Positions 44,066 to 56,109 of a stretch of DNA of 64,000 bases are shown here, one piece after another. This DNA is from Blastocystis sp. Blastoise (taxonomy: Eukaryota; Protista; Bigyra: Opalinata). The notes beneath the pieces are model-generated. The model saw only the letters and a program-made list of their open reading frames with translations, made no database searches and was not told the origin of the DNA. Position numbers and translations under genes: made by a program. The stretch spans positions 806,001 to 870,000 of the forward strand of contig JBBPEB010000015.1 in NCBI GenBank assembly GCA_039096225.1. The letters are read 5' to 3'. Position 1 is the stretch's first letter; each line of letters begins with the position of its first letter.

Positions 44066-45168
44066 ATGGATTCTAGATATTCTTTCTCATTAACTACTTT
44101 CAGTCCTTCGGGTAAATTACTTCAAATCGAATATGCTTTAAATGCTGTTGCTCAAGGAAAGATGTCTGTAGGTGTTTTAGCTAAGAATGGTGTTGTGATT
44201 GTTACAGAAAGAAAGGTTCCTTCTTCTTTAATTGAACCTGAATCTATGCAAAAAATTGTTGCTATTACTGATAATATTGGTGTTTGATCATTTTTTCCAA
44301 AATATTTTTTGAATTACTTTTTTTACGATAATTATTATATATATATTATATATTAGGTGCTGTATATTCTGGTATGGGTCCTGATTTCCGTATTATTACA
44401 AGTAAAGCTCAAAAGAAAGGTGTTACATATTACACAACTTTTAAAGAAAATATTCCAGTAACAATGTTAGTATCTGACATGGCTTCTTTAATGCAGGAAT
44501 ATACTCAATCCGGAGGTGTTCGTCCTTTCGGTGTCTCTCTTCTTGTTTGTGGTTATGATGGTAATAAACCTAGATTATATCAAGTATATAGTAGTATTAT
44601 TATATTTATTATATTTATTATATTTATTATATTTATTATATTTATTATATTTATTATATTTATTATTTTTATTATATTTATTATATTTATTATAATTATT
44701 ATGTTTATTATATTTATTATATATTATAATTATTACATATATTATATTTATTATATTTATTATATTTATTATATTTATTATATTTATTTATTACTATTAT
44801 CTATAGGTTGATCCTTCTGGTGCTTATTTCAGTTGGAATGCTACAGCTATAGGTAAAGATTATATAAATGGAAAATCATTCTTAGAAAAAAGATGGAATG
44901 AAGATATGGAAATAGAAGATGCAGTCAATACAGCATTAAAAACACTTAAAGAAAATTTTGAAGGAGAAGTATATAATGATAAATATTTGTTCTTATCTTT
45001 ATCTATTATCAACATACTATATTATTATCATTATAATGAATTATATAAATAAATATATAGATGAATGAAGAGAATATTCAAGTGGCTGTTGTTTCTGATG
45101 ATACTGATCACAAAATACATATTTTAACTCCAAATGAAATTCGTGATTATTTGGATGAAATGGAATAA
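44066..45168 (+). CDS. PSMA2: 20S proteasome subunit alpha-2, 4 exons
   Basis: [72 protein letters not shown] and FLEKRW. Confidence 0.98.
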
Positions 45169-45627
45169 ATATAAGCTTTTATTATATGATTTATTTCATT
45201 TATATATATATTTATAATCTTTTCAACTATATACTTATTAGACTTGAGTTTCTTTTTTTCTTCTAAAAGGATTCGAATAGCCTATATATACATATATATT
45301 ATTCAAATGTATAAACTGCTTTTTATTTATTACAGTTTTGTATATGTAATTCAATTCTATAAAATATTCATAGTTTCTTTTGTTTTTTTTTTATTATTAT
45401 GTTTTTAAAAGGTATTATTTATTTTTATATTTGAACCTTGATGACAATCATATAAAAATGTATTAGAAAAAACATCAATAAATTAAAATAGAGCAATATT
45501 TATATGAAGAATTCTTTAAAAACAAAATAAAATATTCAATAATAGAAATTAAAGTGAAAAACAAACAAAAATATATATTTTGTTATAATTCATAAAAAAC
45601 AACTGTCAACATAATATATATATAAAA

Positions 45628-45732
45628 TTAAGCTAAATTAATTTCACCATCAGCGTTTTCATCTCCAGCAATAGTTTTCTTAACACGTAATAAAAGGCTA
45701 TAAATTATATAGAGTTATAATAGTTTATATTA

Positions 45733-45769
<37 letters not shown>

Positions 45770-45973
45770 AAGTTTTCCAAGGATCAAGAGGAGATATATT
45801 ATCATATTCAAATATATGATCTGTATAAGAATCAACATTCATATCTTCAACATCTTGAGAAAGATTTTCTATATATTATTATTGTTTATGTTTATATTGT
45901 TTATATATATTATTATTGTTTATATATATATTGTTTATATATATATATATTATTATGATTATGATTATTATTG

Positions 45974-46010
<37 letters not shown>

Positions 46011-47118
46011 TTCTAATAATTTACATTCACGAGAAGAACCAAAAGTATAATCCATTTCTTTATATCTTTCAATTTGTTGTTTCATACCAACAGGATCCTA
46101 TATATAATATAACATATATAATATAACATATATAATATAATAATACATATAATAAATAATAATATATAATATATATATATAGCATACTCCCATACAAAGT
46201 CTGACAATACCAGCATTAAAGAGATGTCCTTTAGCATTAAATTTAAGAACATTCTTTTCTAAACAAGCTTGAGCAACGGTTTCAAAAATATCTACAGAAC
46301 GAGCATAACTATATATATATAATATACATAAAATATATATATAACATACAATATAAAAACAAAAAAAAAATATTTAAAAAAAAATCAAAAAATAAATATA
46401 CTCTTCTAAATTAGCAGCAAAAGTAGCAACTTTTAATAAACATTGATTAGCAGCACTTGTAGAATCTTCACCATTGAAATAATCAGCTGCCTATAATAAC
46501 ATATAAATAAATGATAAAAATAATTATACTATTTATAATAAACAATCCAAAAAAAATATAATATATATATAATATTTCTTTTAAAAAACAAAGCAAAAAC
46601 GAATCCCAATAACACGAAATATACTTTTTGGAAGTGTTGAATAGCTTTTTCTTCTTCACTATTGCTTTCACATAATTCACCAATTTCTTTTTCTAATTTA
46701 GCAGCAGCAGAGAATCTTCCCATATCACAGTAAATAGCAATAGCTTCTTGGTAATATTCAATAGCTTTATCAAGATCATTTTATTTATATTTAAAAAAAA
46801 TAATAATAATACAAAAAAACTTATTGAGAAATAGTACAGAAAAAAACAAAAAACAATTTATACTTTCTTAAAACATGCAGCAGCATCTTGATAAGAGGTA
46901 GCAGCATCAAAATTTTGATTTAAAGTCATATAACATTCAGCAGCACGAGCAAAGCTTTGTCCAGCTTCGGGCCAACTCATACTGACTTTGTATTGATTAG
47001 CAGCCTTCTTGAAGATTTCAGCAGCATCTTCATACTTGGCCATTTTATTAAAGAAAGAGAATTTATTTAAACGTGCTTCAGCTTGACTGAATAATTGATC
47101 TCCTTTTTCCTTGGACAT
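45628..47118 (-). CDS. NAPA: Alpha-soluble NSF attachment protein (alpha-SNAP/Sec17), 7 exons
   Basis: [78 protein letters not shown] and [21 protein letters not shown]. The model needs two GT-AA introns and one CT-AG intron. Confidence 0.96.
45698..45768 (-). other. Non-canonical CT-AG intron in alpha-SNAP
   Basis: TGG AAA ACT TC|ctatatatat...tttatag|C CTT TTA TTA CGT. It is 71 nt (not 3n), contains no GT, and removal restores [11 protein letters not shown]. Confidence 0.82.
45867..46010 (-). other. Probable GT-AA intron (ends tagaa) in alpha-SNAP
   Basis: TTA TTA GAA|gtatat...atatagaa|AAT CTT TCT CAA. The AG 2 nt earlier is out of phase, and there is an in-frame stop inside the intron. 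Confidence 0.62.
46781..46863 (-). other. Non-canonical GT-AA intron in alpha-SNAP
   Basis: TTT AAG AAA|gtataa...aatataaataa|AAT GAT CTT GAT AAA GCT ATT. The only internal AG leaves an in-frame TAA, and the next AG is out of phase. Confidence 0.8.
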
Positions 47119-47660
47119 GATTCTGAATAAATAACAAACAAGATATAAAAATGGAATGTAATACAAAGATAATGTCGTTTTTTCTCTGCACATTTATTCG
47201 AAGTGTCCCGCGAAAATTCCAGTTTTTTGTTGAATTCATTTAATATAGTATTCTTATCGAAAAACAAATCATTTTCTTTTTATTTAATGCTTTTCCAGAT
47301 AGTTTTTACTTATAAATGCTTTTTGAAGGTTTTATTAATTATTATTATAGTATCGTATTATGATTCAGAGAATATTGAAAAGAATGGCCACGGTGATTGT
47401 CATTTACGGTCATTTATATCCTTTGATTTCAATTAAAATGATATATTTCTGATTTATTTGTTTTATTATATTATTATGATAATTCAAATTGAAATAATGA
47501 CTTTCATATGATATAAAAAAAGCAAGCAATTGACAAAAAAAAGTGTTTAATTCTTAAAATTGACATGAAAAAGACTTTATAATAATAATAGAATAAAATG
47601 GATATATGAATATATATTTTCAAATACCACATCTTGATAATAGTAGATAAATTATGAAAA

Positions 47661-48360
47661 TTATGTTTGCATCTGTTCAACTGGAATATCTTGCTCTGGA
47701 TTTTGGAGATTCAATATATTTTGTTGAATCTGTTCATAAGCTTTATTCATATCTTTGAGTTGTAACAAGATTTCTCTCGATTTATACATAAGATCACCAA
47801 ATAAATCAGGAATAAACTCTACTTGTTCATATTCAGTATTCTGATTTACTATAGATAATAATGACGATTAATATGTTAATATATAAATATACACTATATA
47901 GAAAAAAGTCATTATAATATTTATAATACATTTATAAAATATATGAATAACAAGTATAATAATAAGAATAAATATAATAATACAATTAGGTGATTCATGT
48001 TGTTTATTTTCATCATAAGGTGTATTAGAATTCATATTCTCTTCATTATTATTATTATTTTCATTATTAATACTATTATTCTTCATATTATATGAATTAG
48101 AATATTTCCTTTCATTTTTCGAAATAGAATTTGAATGATTACTATATAAAGAATATCTACTTGATAAAGAATGGGTATGTTGAGTTGTATCAATATAAGA
48201 AATAGAATTCGATCGATAATCTGATGGACCATGATGCTGTTCATTCGATGTAGAAGATATCACAGATTGATAGGAATTATTATTATTTCGATTACTAACA
48301 TAAGAAGAAAAACTTGGTTTATTTTCTTGATTATATACAATATTATTAGGATTATTATTA

Positions 48361-48405
<45 letters not shown>

Positions 48406-48484
48406 GGATTATTAGGATTATTAGGATTATTATTATTATTATTATTATTAGGATTATTATTATTAGGATTATTATTATTATAAC

Positions 48485-48533
<49 letters not shown>

Positions 48534-50664
48534 TGTCGTTGAGTATTGCATAGAAGTAACTCTAGATGACGGAATTGAATTTGGTGGAGTTATTGATGAA
48601 GAAGTAGCATTTGTTGTATATTGAGTAATAGTTCCATTTATATTATTATAAATAGAAGAGAAAGAATGAGTATGATCTTCATTAAAAGAAGAATCTCTAT
48701 TAGGAATAGATATATTTTCTTGTATATTATTATTCAAAGATGTTTTTAATGCATGTATTCCTCGAATAGAAGGATTATGTATAATAGTTTGGTTTTTAGA
48801 ATCTAATATAATATTTGAAGTAGCATACACAGGTGAAGATGTTTGTATAGATATATTTGTAGGAAGAGTATTTTGAGTTGATGATTTTGTATGCTTTAAT
48901 TTTAATGAATTCGAATATATTGATTGATTATTTTGAGTAGATATATTTGAATTTATGATACCTTGAGAAGATATATTTGTCGATATAGATGGCCCATGAA
49001 ATGATGTATTTGTATTATTTCTAGTTATATATATAGTTGACTGATTCTGATTGAATTGAGCTTGTTTATTTGGATTATAATATATAGAGTTTGATGTATT
49101 ATGATTTAGGGATGGAGAAGTAGCTGGATGTTGAGATGCTGTATATTGATACATTTGATTATTAGCCTATATATATAGATACGATACAGTGATATATATG
49201 TATATATTATTTTTTATTCATTAATATACATTTTCATTTGGATCTTGTGGAATATCTATATATATATATATAGTTATTACATATGTAGAAAGCTAATTAA
49301 TTATTATATGTATATATGTATATATATAATAAATACCAGTACCATCTTCATGAGAAATAATAATACCATTTTCTATTTGTATCTATATATAAATATAAAT
49401 ACTTTTATAATTATTAATTTATACATTAGTATTTTCATTATTTATTTCTCGACTTCCTTGATATTGTAATTCTATATATATATTATAGAATAGTGTATAA
49501 TAGTATATAATAATATATAATAGTGTATAATAATATATAATAATATATAATAATAGATAATAGTATATAATAGTGTATAATAATTTATAATAATATATAA
49601 TAGTATATAATAGTGTATAATTATATATAATAATATAAAATATATCTTTATTGATATTCGTAGTAAGTCTTCGTTTCGATGCAGAAGGAAGAAGAGCTAC
49701 AGGAGGAGGAGGAGGAGGAGGAATATCTAGATCTGAAGAATAAGGAGAAGTATATATATTCTTATATTTATTAGGAGATTGATATGAAGAATCGTTATAT
49801 TCAGTATTATTATATGTTGGATACTATATATATATATATATAAATAGCAAAATTAACTAATACCATAAATAGAATAATATTTAAAATACAAAGAATAATA
49901 CAATAACAATAATTCATATAATAAGAATAATTAATAAAATTAAAAAAAAAATAAATAAAAACATAAAAAATATTCAATATACAGTTGTTCTTTGTTTTTG
50001 TTGAATATGTTGATTATGAGAGCGTTGTAATAGTTTTATACATGTATTTAATGAATTTACCCATGCATCTCTCTAGAATATAATACATAGATTCAAATAT
50101 ATCATAATAAATAACAAATAATTATTAATAAATAAATAGAATATAAATACATCTTGAACACTACCAGCTTGAAGTAAGATTGGCATTTCAGAGTCAACAT
50201 TAAGTTGTAAACATGGTTTGTGTTCCTTTTCTGATAAAAGCTTATTCTGTTCTTTACTAATTTTGACTTTTGATAAATCAATTTGTTCTAATTATGTTAA
50301 AATGTTTTTAAAAATTTAAAATATATAGATACTCGGGTTTGTATTGATTCTCTGTGGAGTTGATGCATAGAAGAATCCTTTGGAAGAGTCCAAAACAAAA
50401 AATTTCCACTGCCATCTTCTCAACAAGGACGATCGTGTACATTTTTTCAACCTTCCTTGCATAAGTCTATATATCATAAGCATTTCAGATATCATAATAT
50501 CATCAAATACACAGGATGGGCCTCATTTTCTAGAAACATTAATAATATATATTTCAAATTTAGAAAATACGTTGTTCATCAGTTTCAAAAGATCTGGTTC
50601 AAATAAATATATACATAGAAACTAAGGGAATAAGAAATAAATACAATTGTTCTGTTGAATCCAT
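47661..50664 (-). CDS. PH-domain protein with polyproline, Asn/Ser-rich region and short C-terminal coiled-coil, ~11 exons
   Basis: VLMQGRLKKCTRSSLLRRWQWKFFVL...ILLQAGSVQDRDAWVNSLN (PH beta1/beta2 and C-terminal helix Trp). P7 tract at ~49701-49721. Stop at 47661-47663. Confidence 0.85.
48345..48533 (-). repeat. Exonic (AAT)n microsatellite encoding poly-Asn
   Basis: Lies in the 428-aa ORF 47868..49154, with NNNPNNP interruptions. Confidence 0.9.
49472..49645 (-). other. Candidate AT-AG intron built from a 10-bp tandem repeat
   Basis: AAT AAA G|atatattt...(ttatacacta/ttatatatta)n...tatatag|AA TTA CAA. It contains no GT. At 174 nt and stop-free, read-through cannot be excluded. Confidence 0.55.
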
Positions 50665-51136
50665 TTCAAAATATATTTGTTTATATTCCAATGTATAGAC
50701 GTATTATTGTGTATGATATACTATGCAAATTTGAACCAAAATGATAATAAAAGCAAAAACAAAATATTTTGAAAAACGTTTTCAAGATTCTTTTTAAATT
50801 TCAAAACTAAATAATTTAAAACACCATAAATCTCTGTTATTTGTGTATAGTTTTCTTTTAAATAAGAACAATACCAATTATATACATATATGATTATTTA
50901 AATTAACAAAAAACAACGAGACGAGGTAGTATTATAAAGAATATATAGACTTTTGTATCACAAAGATATATATATATATAGATGGATATACATAAAGATT
51001 AAAAAAAAAAGAAAAAAGAAAATAAGGATATAAAATAAGGAATACATAGAATACTTTATTAACATAAAAACAATATATAATCAATAATATAATGAATTCT
51101 ATATAGAATAAAGTGAAATTATAATAAGAAAACAAA

Positions 51137-52378
51137 TTAAGCAGATTTTTGTTGTTCTTGTTTAGTACAAGTAGCAGTAGTAGCAGCAGCTTGACGTTTT
51201 TCATTCCATTTATTTAAGTTATTAAGATCTAATGTAGGTTGATTAAGTTCATGTCTAACAATAACTTCAGCTAATAAAGGAGCTATATTAAGTCTTTCCA
51301 TCTTAGGACATTCCTAAATAATGATATATATATATATTTGAAATAATTATATATATATATATATATGGATAGTGAAAAATAAGAAATAATGTTATATATA
51401 TATATATACTTTTTCTTTAGGTTGATCAGCAACAGTATTGGTAGTAATAATACGTTCAATAGGAGCATCCTTCAATTTCTCAACAGCATTATCAACATAT
51501 AATCCTATAAATAATATATGAAATATTAATATATATTATAAAGTAATAAATATTAAAAATTAATATTATTAATAAAACGATATTATTAATAAATATATAT
51601 TATAAAGTAATAAATATTATGAATAAATAAATATTATTAATAAATACAAAAAAGAATAAATATAATAATATAAATAATATACCATGAGTGGCAATAGCAA
51701 TAACACGGCGAGCACCTTCCTTCATTAATTTTTTGGATACACCCACAAGAGTATTACCAGAAATAATCATATTATCAACAATAATAACATCTTTATCTTT
51801 AACATCACCAATAATTTCATAAGGAGAATCTTCAGTAACCTTAGAAGGACTAGTAGTAGGAGTAGGAGTAGCTTGCTTATTCATAGGAATATTAATTTCA
51901 TCACTAGCTTCATCATCTTCTTTTTCACCAGAATTAGTAACTATATATTATTATGTATATATAATAGTATCTATTTCTTATTTATATTATAAACATAATA
52001 ATAAACATATATATATATACCTTCAGTCTTTTGTTTTTCTTCTTTAATATGAATAGCAAGGGCCATGGTACTATCGGTACATTTTAAGGTAGTAAGAGCA
52101 TTTCTAAAGAACTTGGCACGAGTAACGCCATGAGCAGTAGGAGATATAATAACAGGCTCATGACTATATATATATATATATATATATATAATGAGTAGAA
52201 GAGTATTCAAAATATTATATTCTAATAAATTATATAGAATTGTATATAGAATCAAAGAATTTATATATATATTATTATTATTATTAGTATATAGATACAG
52301 AGTCTCATTTTCCATCAAATAAGCAGCAAAAAGATGACTGACTTGAACATTATCGAGAGGAACAGAAGCAGTAAAGAA

Positions 52379-52435
<57 letters not shown>

Positions 52436-53583
52436 ATGAATAATAGTAAACAATATATATAAATACTTGACTTTGTTCTCTGTATAAATCAATAGCTACA
52501 ATATTATCAACACCCATAGACATTAACATTTCAGAAACCTATTTATATATATATATACATAAATATAGTATCTATTAATATCATTATTATATATATATAT
52601 ATATATATATAGTATCTATTAATATCATTATTATATATATATATAAATATATACATCAGCACCAGATAATAAGGCTTCATTATTTCTATCATTAGAATTA
52701 ACTCTACCATAACTATATATATAGAGTAGTATATACGAAACAATATAGTTTTATAATATATATATATTAATATACCCATAATAAGGCATAATAGCAGTAA
52801 TCTTTTCAGCAGAAGCTCTTCTACAAGTAGAAATCAATAATAATAATTCCATTAAGTTATCACTAGCCTATAGAGAAAGAATATATAGAGTATATATATA
52901 TATATATTAAAATATTTATAATAAATATTATACATATATATATAAAATAAATTATTTAGATATAATAGACTATACTATATATATATATACAGGAGGTGCA
53001 GTAGATTGGACAATATAAACATGTTTACCTCTAATATTACAATCAATATGAATATCAATCTCACCATCATTAAAACGACCCACCTATATATATATATATA
53101 TATATATACAATAATGATCATGTTAGAGTAAATAAAAATAAAGAACAATATATATTTACATACATATAATTAAATAAATATATAAAAATTTATAATCATA
53201 AAACTACATACATTAGCAGCACTTTCTTGGATACCGAGGTATTTGCAAATAGCTTTAGCTAAAGGTTTATTAGAATTACCACTGAATACTCTAATTTTAT
53301 CCTTTCTATCTTCAGCTAAACTACCAGTATACAAATAGTTTTCTTTAGTATACTTTAGATTCTTTTCTTCAGATTGTTCAGGAGCAAGAGCAAAAACACC
53401 AGTAGCAAAACATCCAGCACCTAAGAGACCAAGACCAACGTTAAAGGCCAAATTAGACTTCTTAGCTGCAGAACCATTGTTCATAGTATTACGAAAGAGA
53501 GAACGAGTAAAAGTAGAACCTACTTTACTCATACTTACCTTAGACAATCTAGAGAATCCAGTTTTTAATAAAGAACCAAACAT
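51137..53583 (-). CDS. Ribose-phosphate pyrophosphokinase-like protein with degenerate active site and mitochondrial-type presequence, 9 exons
   Basis: [94 protein letters not shown] and TTNTV. Confidence 0.92.
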
Positions 53584-54048
53584 CTTTACTCTTTAGCTAG
53601 CAAAAAAACCTAACTTGATAAAAAGACACTTATTAATTTGACGCCTTTAAATACGTTTGGAAAAAACCTCCCGTTTTCTACTTTTTCCCATGAATTCATT
53701 CGGCTTTTCGGTGAGGATTCTTTTTATCCATCCAAAACTTTTATTGACTTTTTATATCATGGATCCTCTTATTATTTCCGTTATCTCTATCATTCAATGA
53801 ATATGATGTTCAGGTCATATAGAAACACCATTCAACTATGGAATTCCTAAATGCATTAACATACTTTTGTGCAATCAACATATTATATTGTTTTATAAGC
53901 TGAAGGAAGAATTTTAGATATGTTAGGAGAAATAAATAAACTCTTATGTTTCATAAAAAATCGAGAATTTTGGTTGATGTTTTAACAAAACGGTTATAAA
54001 TACATATATATTAATAACGTTTGTTTGAAATACTTTTTTAATTGACTG

Positions 54049-55399
54049 TTATGCTTCTTGACCTATTTCTTTATTTGTTTCTATAGTAACATTAGGATTT
54101 CGTTTGATACTCATCGTACTTGAGATTGTACCTATATACAGACGCTTTTTAATAATCAATTTAAGTAAAATATCTACTAGCAGTATTTTGATCTATGTTA
54201 TTAGACGTCGTATCAAAGACAAAATTTTGTGAAGATTTGTTCTATTTATGTATATATACTTATATTTATACAAATCAAAAAATATACGAAACAATAACAA
54301 TATTTATATACTGATAATATTATGTATAAATAATATTCATACAGACAATTGTTGAGATATTTTTTCAAGATGAGGAGATACTGTTTCTTGTAAATGTTTA
54401 TATTCACTTATAACATCTTTAAAGTTAGGGCTATTCTGTTCATTTCTTTTTATCTATAATATTTAATATAAATATTCAGAAACGATCAGAATAGAATAGT
54501 TATATGATTATACAGTTTGTGTTGTTTGAGTTAATAAAAGTTCCAATTCTTGTATTTGTTTTTCATTCTGTATATTTTTTGCATACATATTATTATAAGC
54601 TGTTTTCATCTGAGAAAATAATTCCATAATAGCCTATATATAGAGTATTATTATCTATTTAAATATTCTAAAGTTTTTAATATATCATACATTAAATACT
54701 AATAATAGTCAATAAATATCAAACAACCAAAAAACAATAATTTCTTTTTAAAAACTATTTTATTAAAATCAAGTTCATACTGAAATAGACGTATTAAATT
54801 CATTTAAAAGTGTAGATAAATCAAGAGAAAGATATAATTCACTAATTTGTTCAGAGACAAGTTGAATTTCTTTTTCTAATTGTTTTTGTATCTCCTTATT
54901 CTCTCTTATACATTCTTTACTATCCTAAATATTTTAAATATAGATTATAGAAATATCTAATTTTTGTATATAAGTGTTCTATAATATATAGAAAAAATAT
55001 TTGTGACATCTTACAGTTGGTGATAATTTTGATTTTGATATACTCTGATGCTTCAATTTACATTTACATTTATTTTTCTATAGCAAACAAATGATTTATA
55101 TATATATATTAATTTGTTTAATATGTATAGAAAAAGAATCTATTCTTACTTTATGATCTAAATCAGATATACAATGATCTTCTAAATCATCTATCTCTGA
55201 TATATACTTTTTATACAAATCTGAATTATCTAACTAATAATTATAAGAAAAGAAAATACTTCTTTTTAAATACTTCATTTCTAGATTGTTCCAACTGATC
55301 AACTCGAAGAGTTAGATTATCGATCATCAGCAAATTCCTCTCCATAAGCCTGTAGAGAGTATTCATTCTTTCACAGCATTCACACATTGTTTGATTCAT
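54049..55399 (-). CDS. Uncharacterised coiled-coil protein, ~7 exons
   Basis: Frame MNQTMCECCERMNTL...IQKQLEKEIQLVSEQISEL...KQIQELELLL...IGQEA* is maintained through six GT-AG introns. The gene is missed by the ORF track. The start is uncertain. Confidence 0.65.
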
Positions 55400-56109
55400 T
55401 ACTATAATGCCAATGTTTAAGCAATTTCAGAAAAGAAATAATATTCATATTGCAAATAGATCCATTATTTGTTTGATTTTTTCTTTTAATTTATCATATT
55501 CGGTTCTATTTGCCACAAAAAAGGATTCTTCGTCTTTTTGCAATTCATAAAGGATATACATTGATTAATAGTATGACTTAAATAAATGTAGACACTTTGG
55601 ATGTTCATCTTAATCATGAATCAACCAGTTAAAGCAAATTATTTCTTTTATTCGTTTAACATGATTCCCATATAAACCCACTATTCACAGCAAGATAGCA
55701 TAAACGCATTTTTATACTTATTTAAATGTATGTATTTGAATTCCAAGCTGATTTAATACTTGTGAATATGAGATTTTGTTTAGAGAAAACTTTGGATTCT
55801 CGTTTTGTATTTATTACAATTTTTTAAGCATTTTTTCATTAATTATTAATGACTTCACATACTCACCATCAGCAATTAGGTTTTTCACATCATTTATTTC
55901 ACTAATTCTTCTGCTTATATTGTCATAAGTGATCTCATATATAATTACCTATTATCGTAGCTTATCCTATATTTATTCATTCAAGGTAAAATCTGAAAAC
56001 ACAAAAAAATATCAGTCTTACTCAAACAATTTCAGAAATATTTCTTTTTTTCGGTTTTGAAGAGTATATTTATCATAATCTTCATAATTAATATAGATTT
56101 AGTTTCCCG

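Noticed and set aside
47205-47217. E2F-like CCCGCGAAAA upstream of alpha-SNAP (similar CCCGCG at ~58063)
   Set aside because: Single short matches that cannot be supported without genome-wide enrichment.
53531-53540. ATACTTACCT matching the U1 snRNA 5' end
   Set aside because: It is the antisense of codons K-V-S-M in the PRPS-like presequence, and no U1 stem-loops or Sm site are evident.
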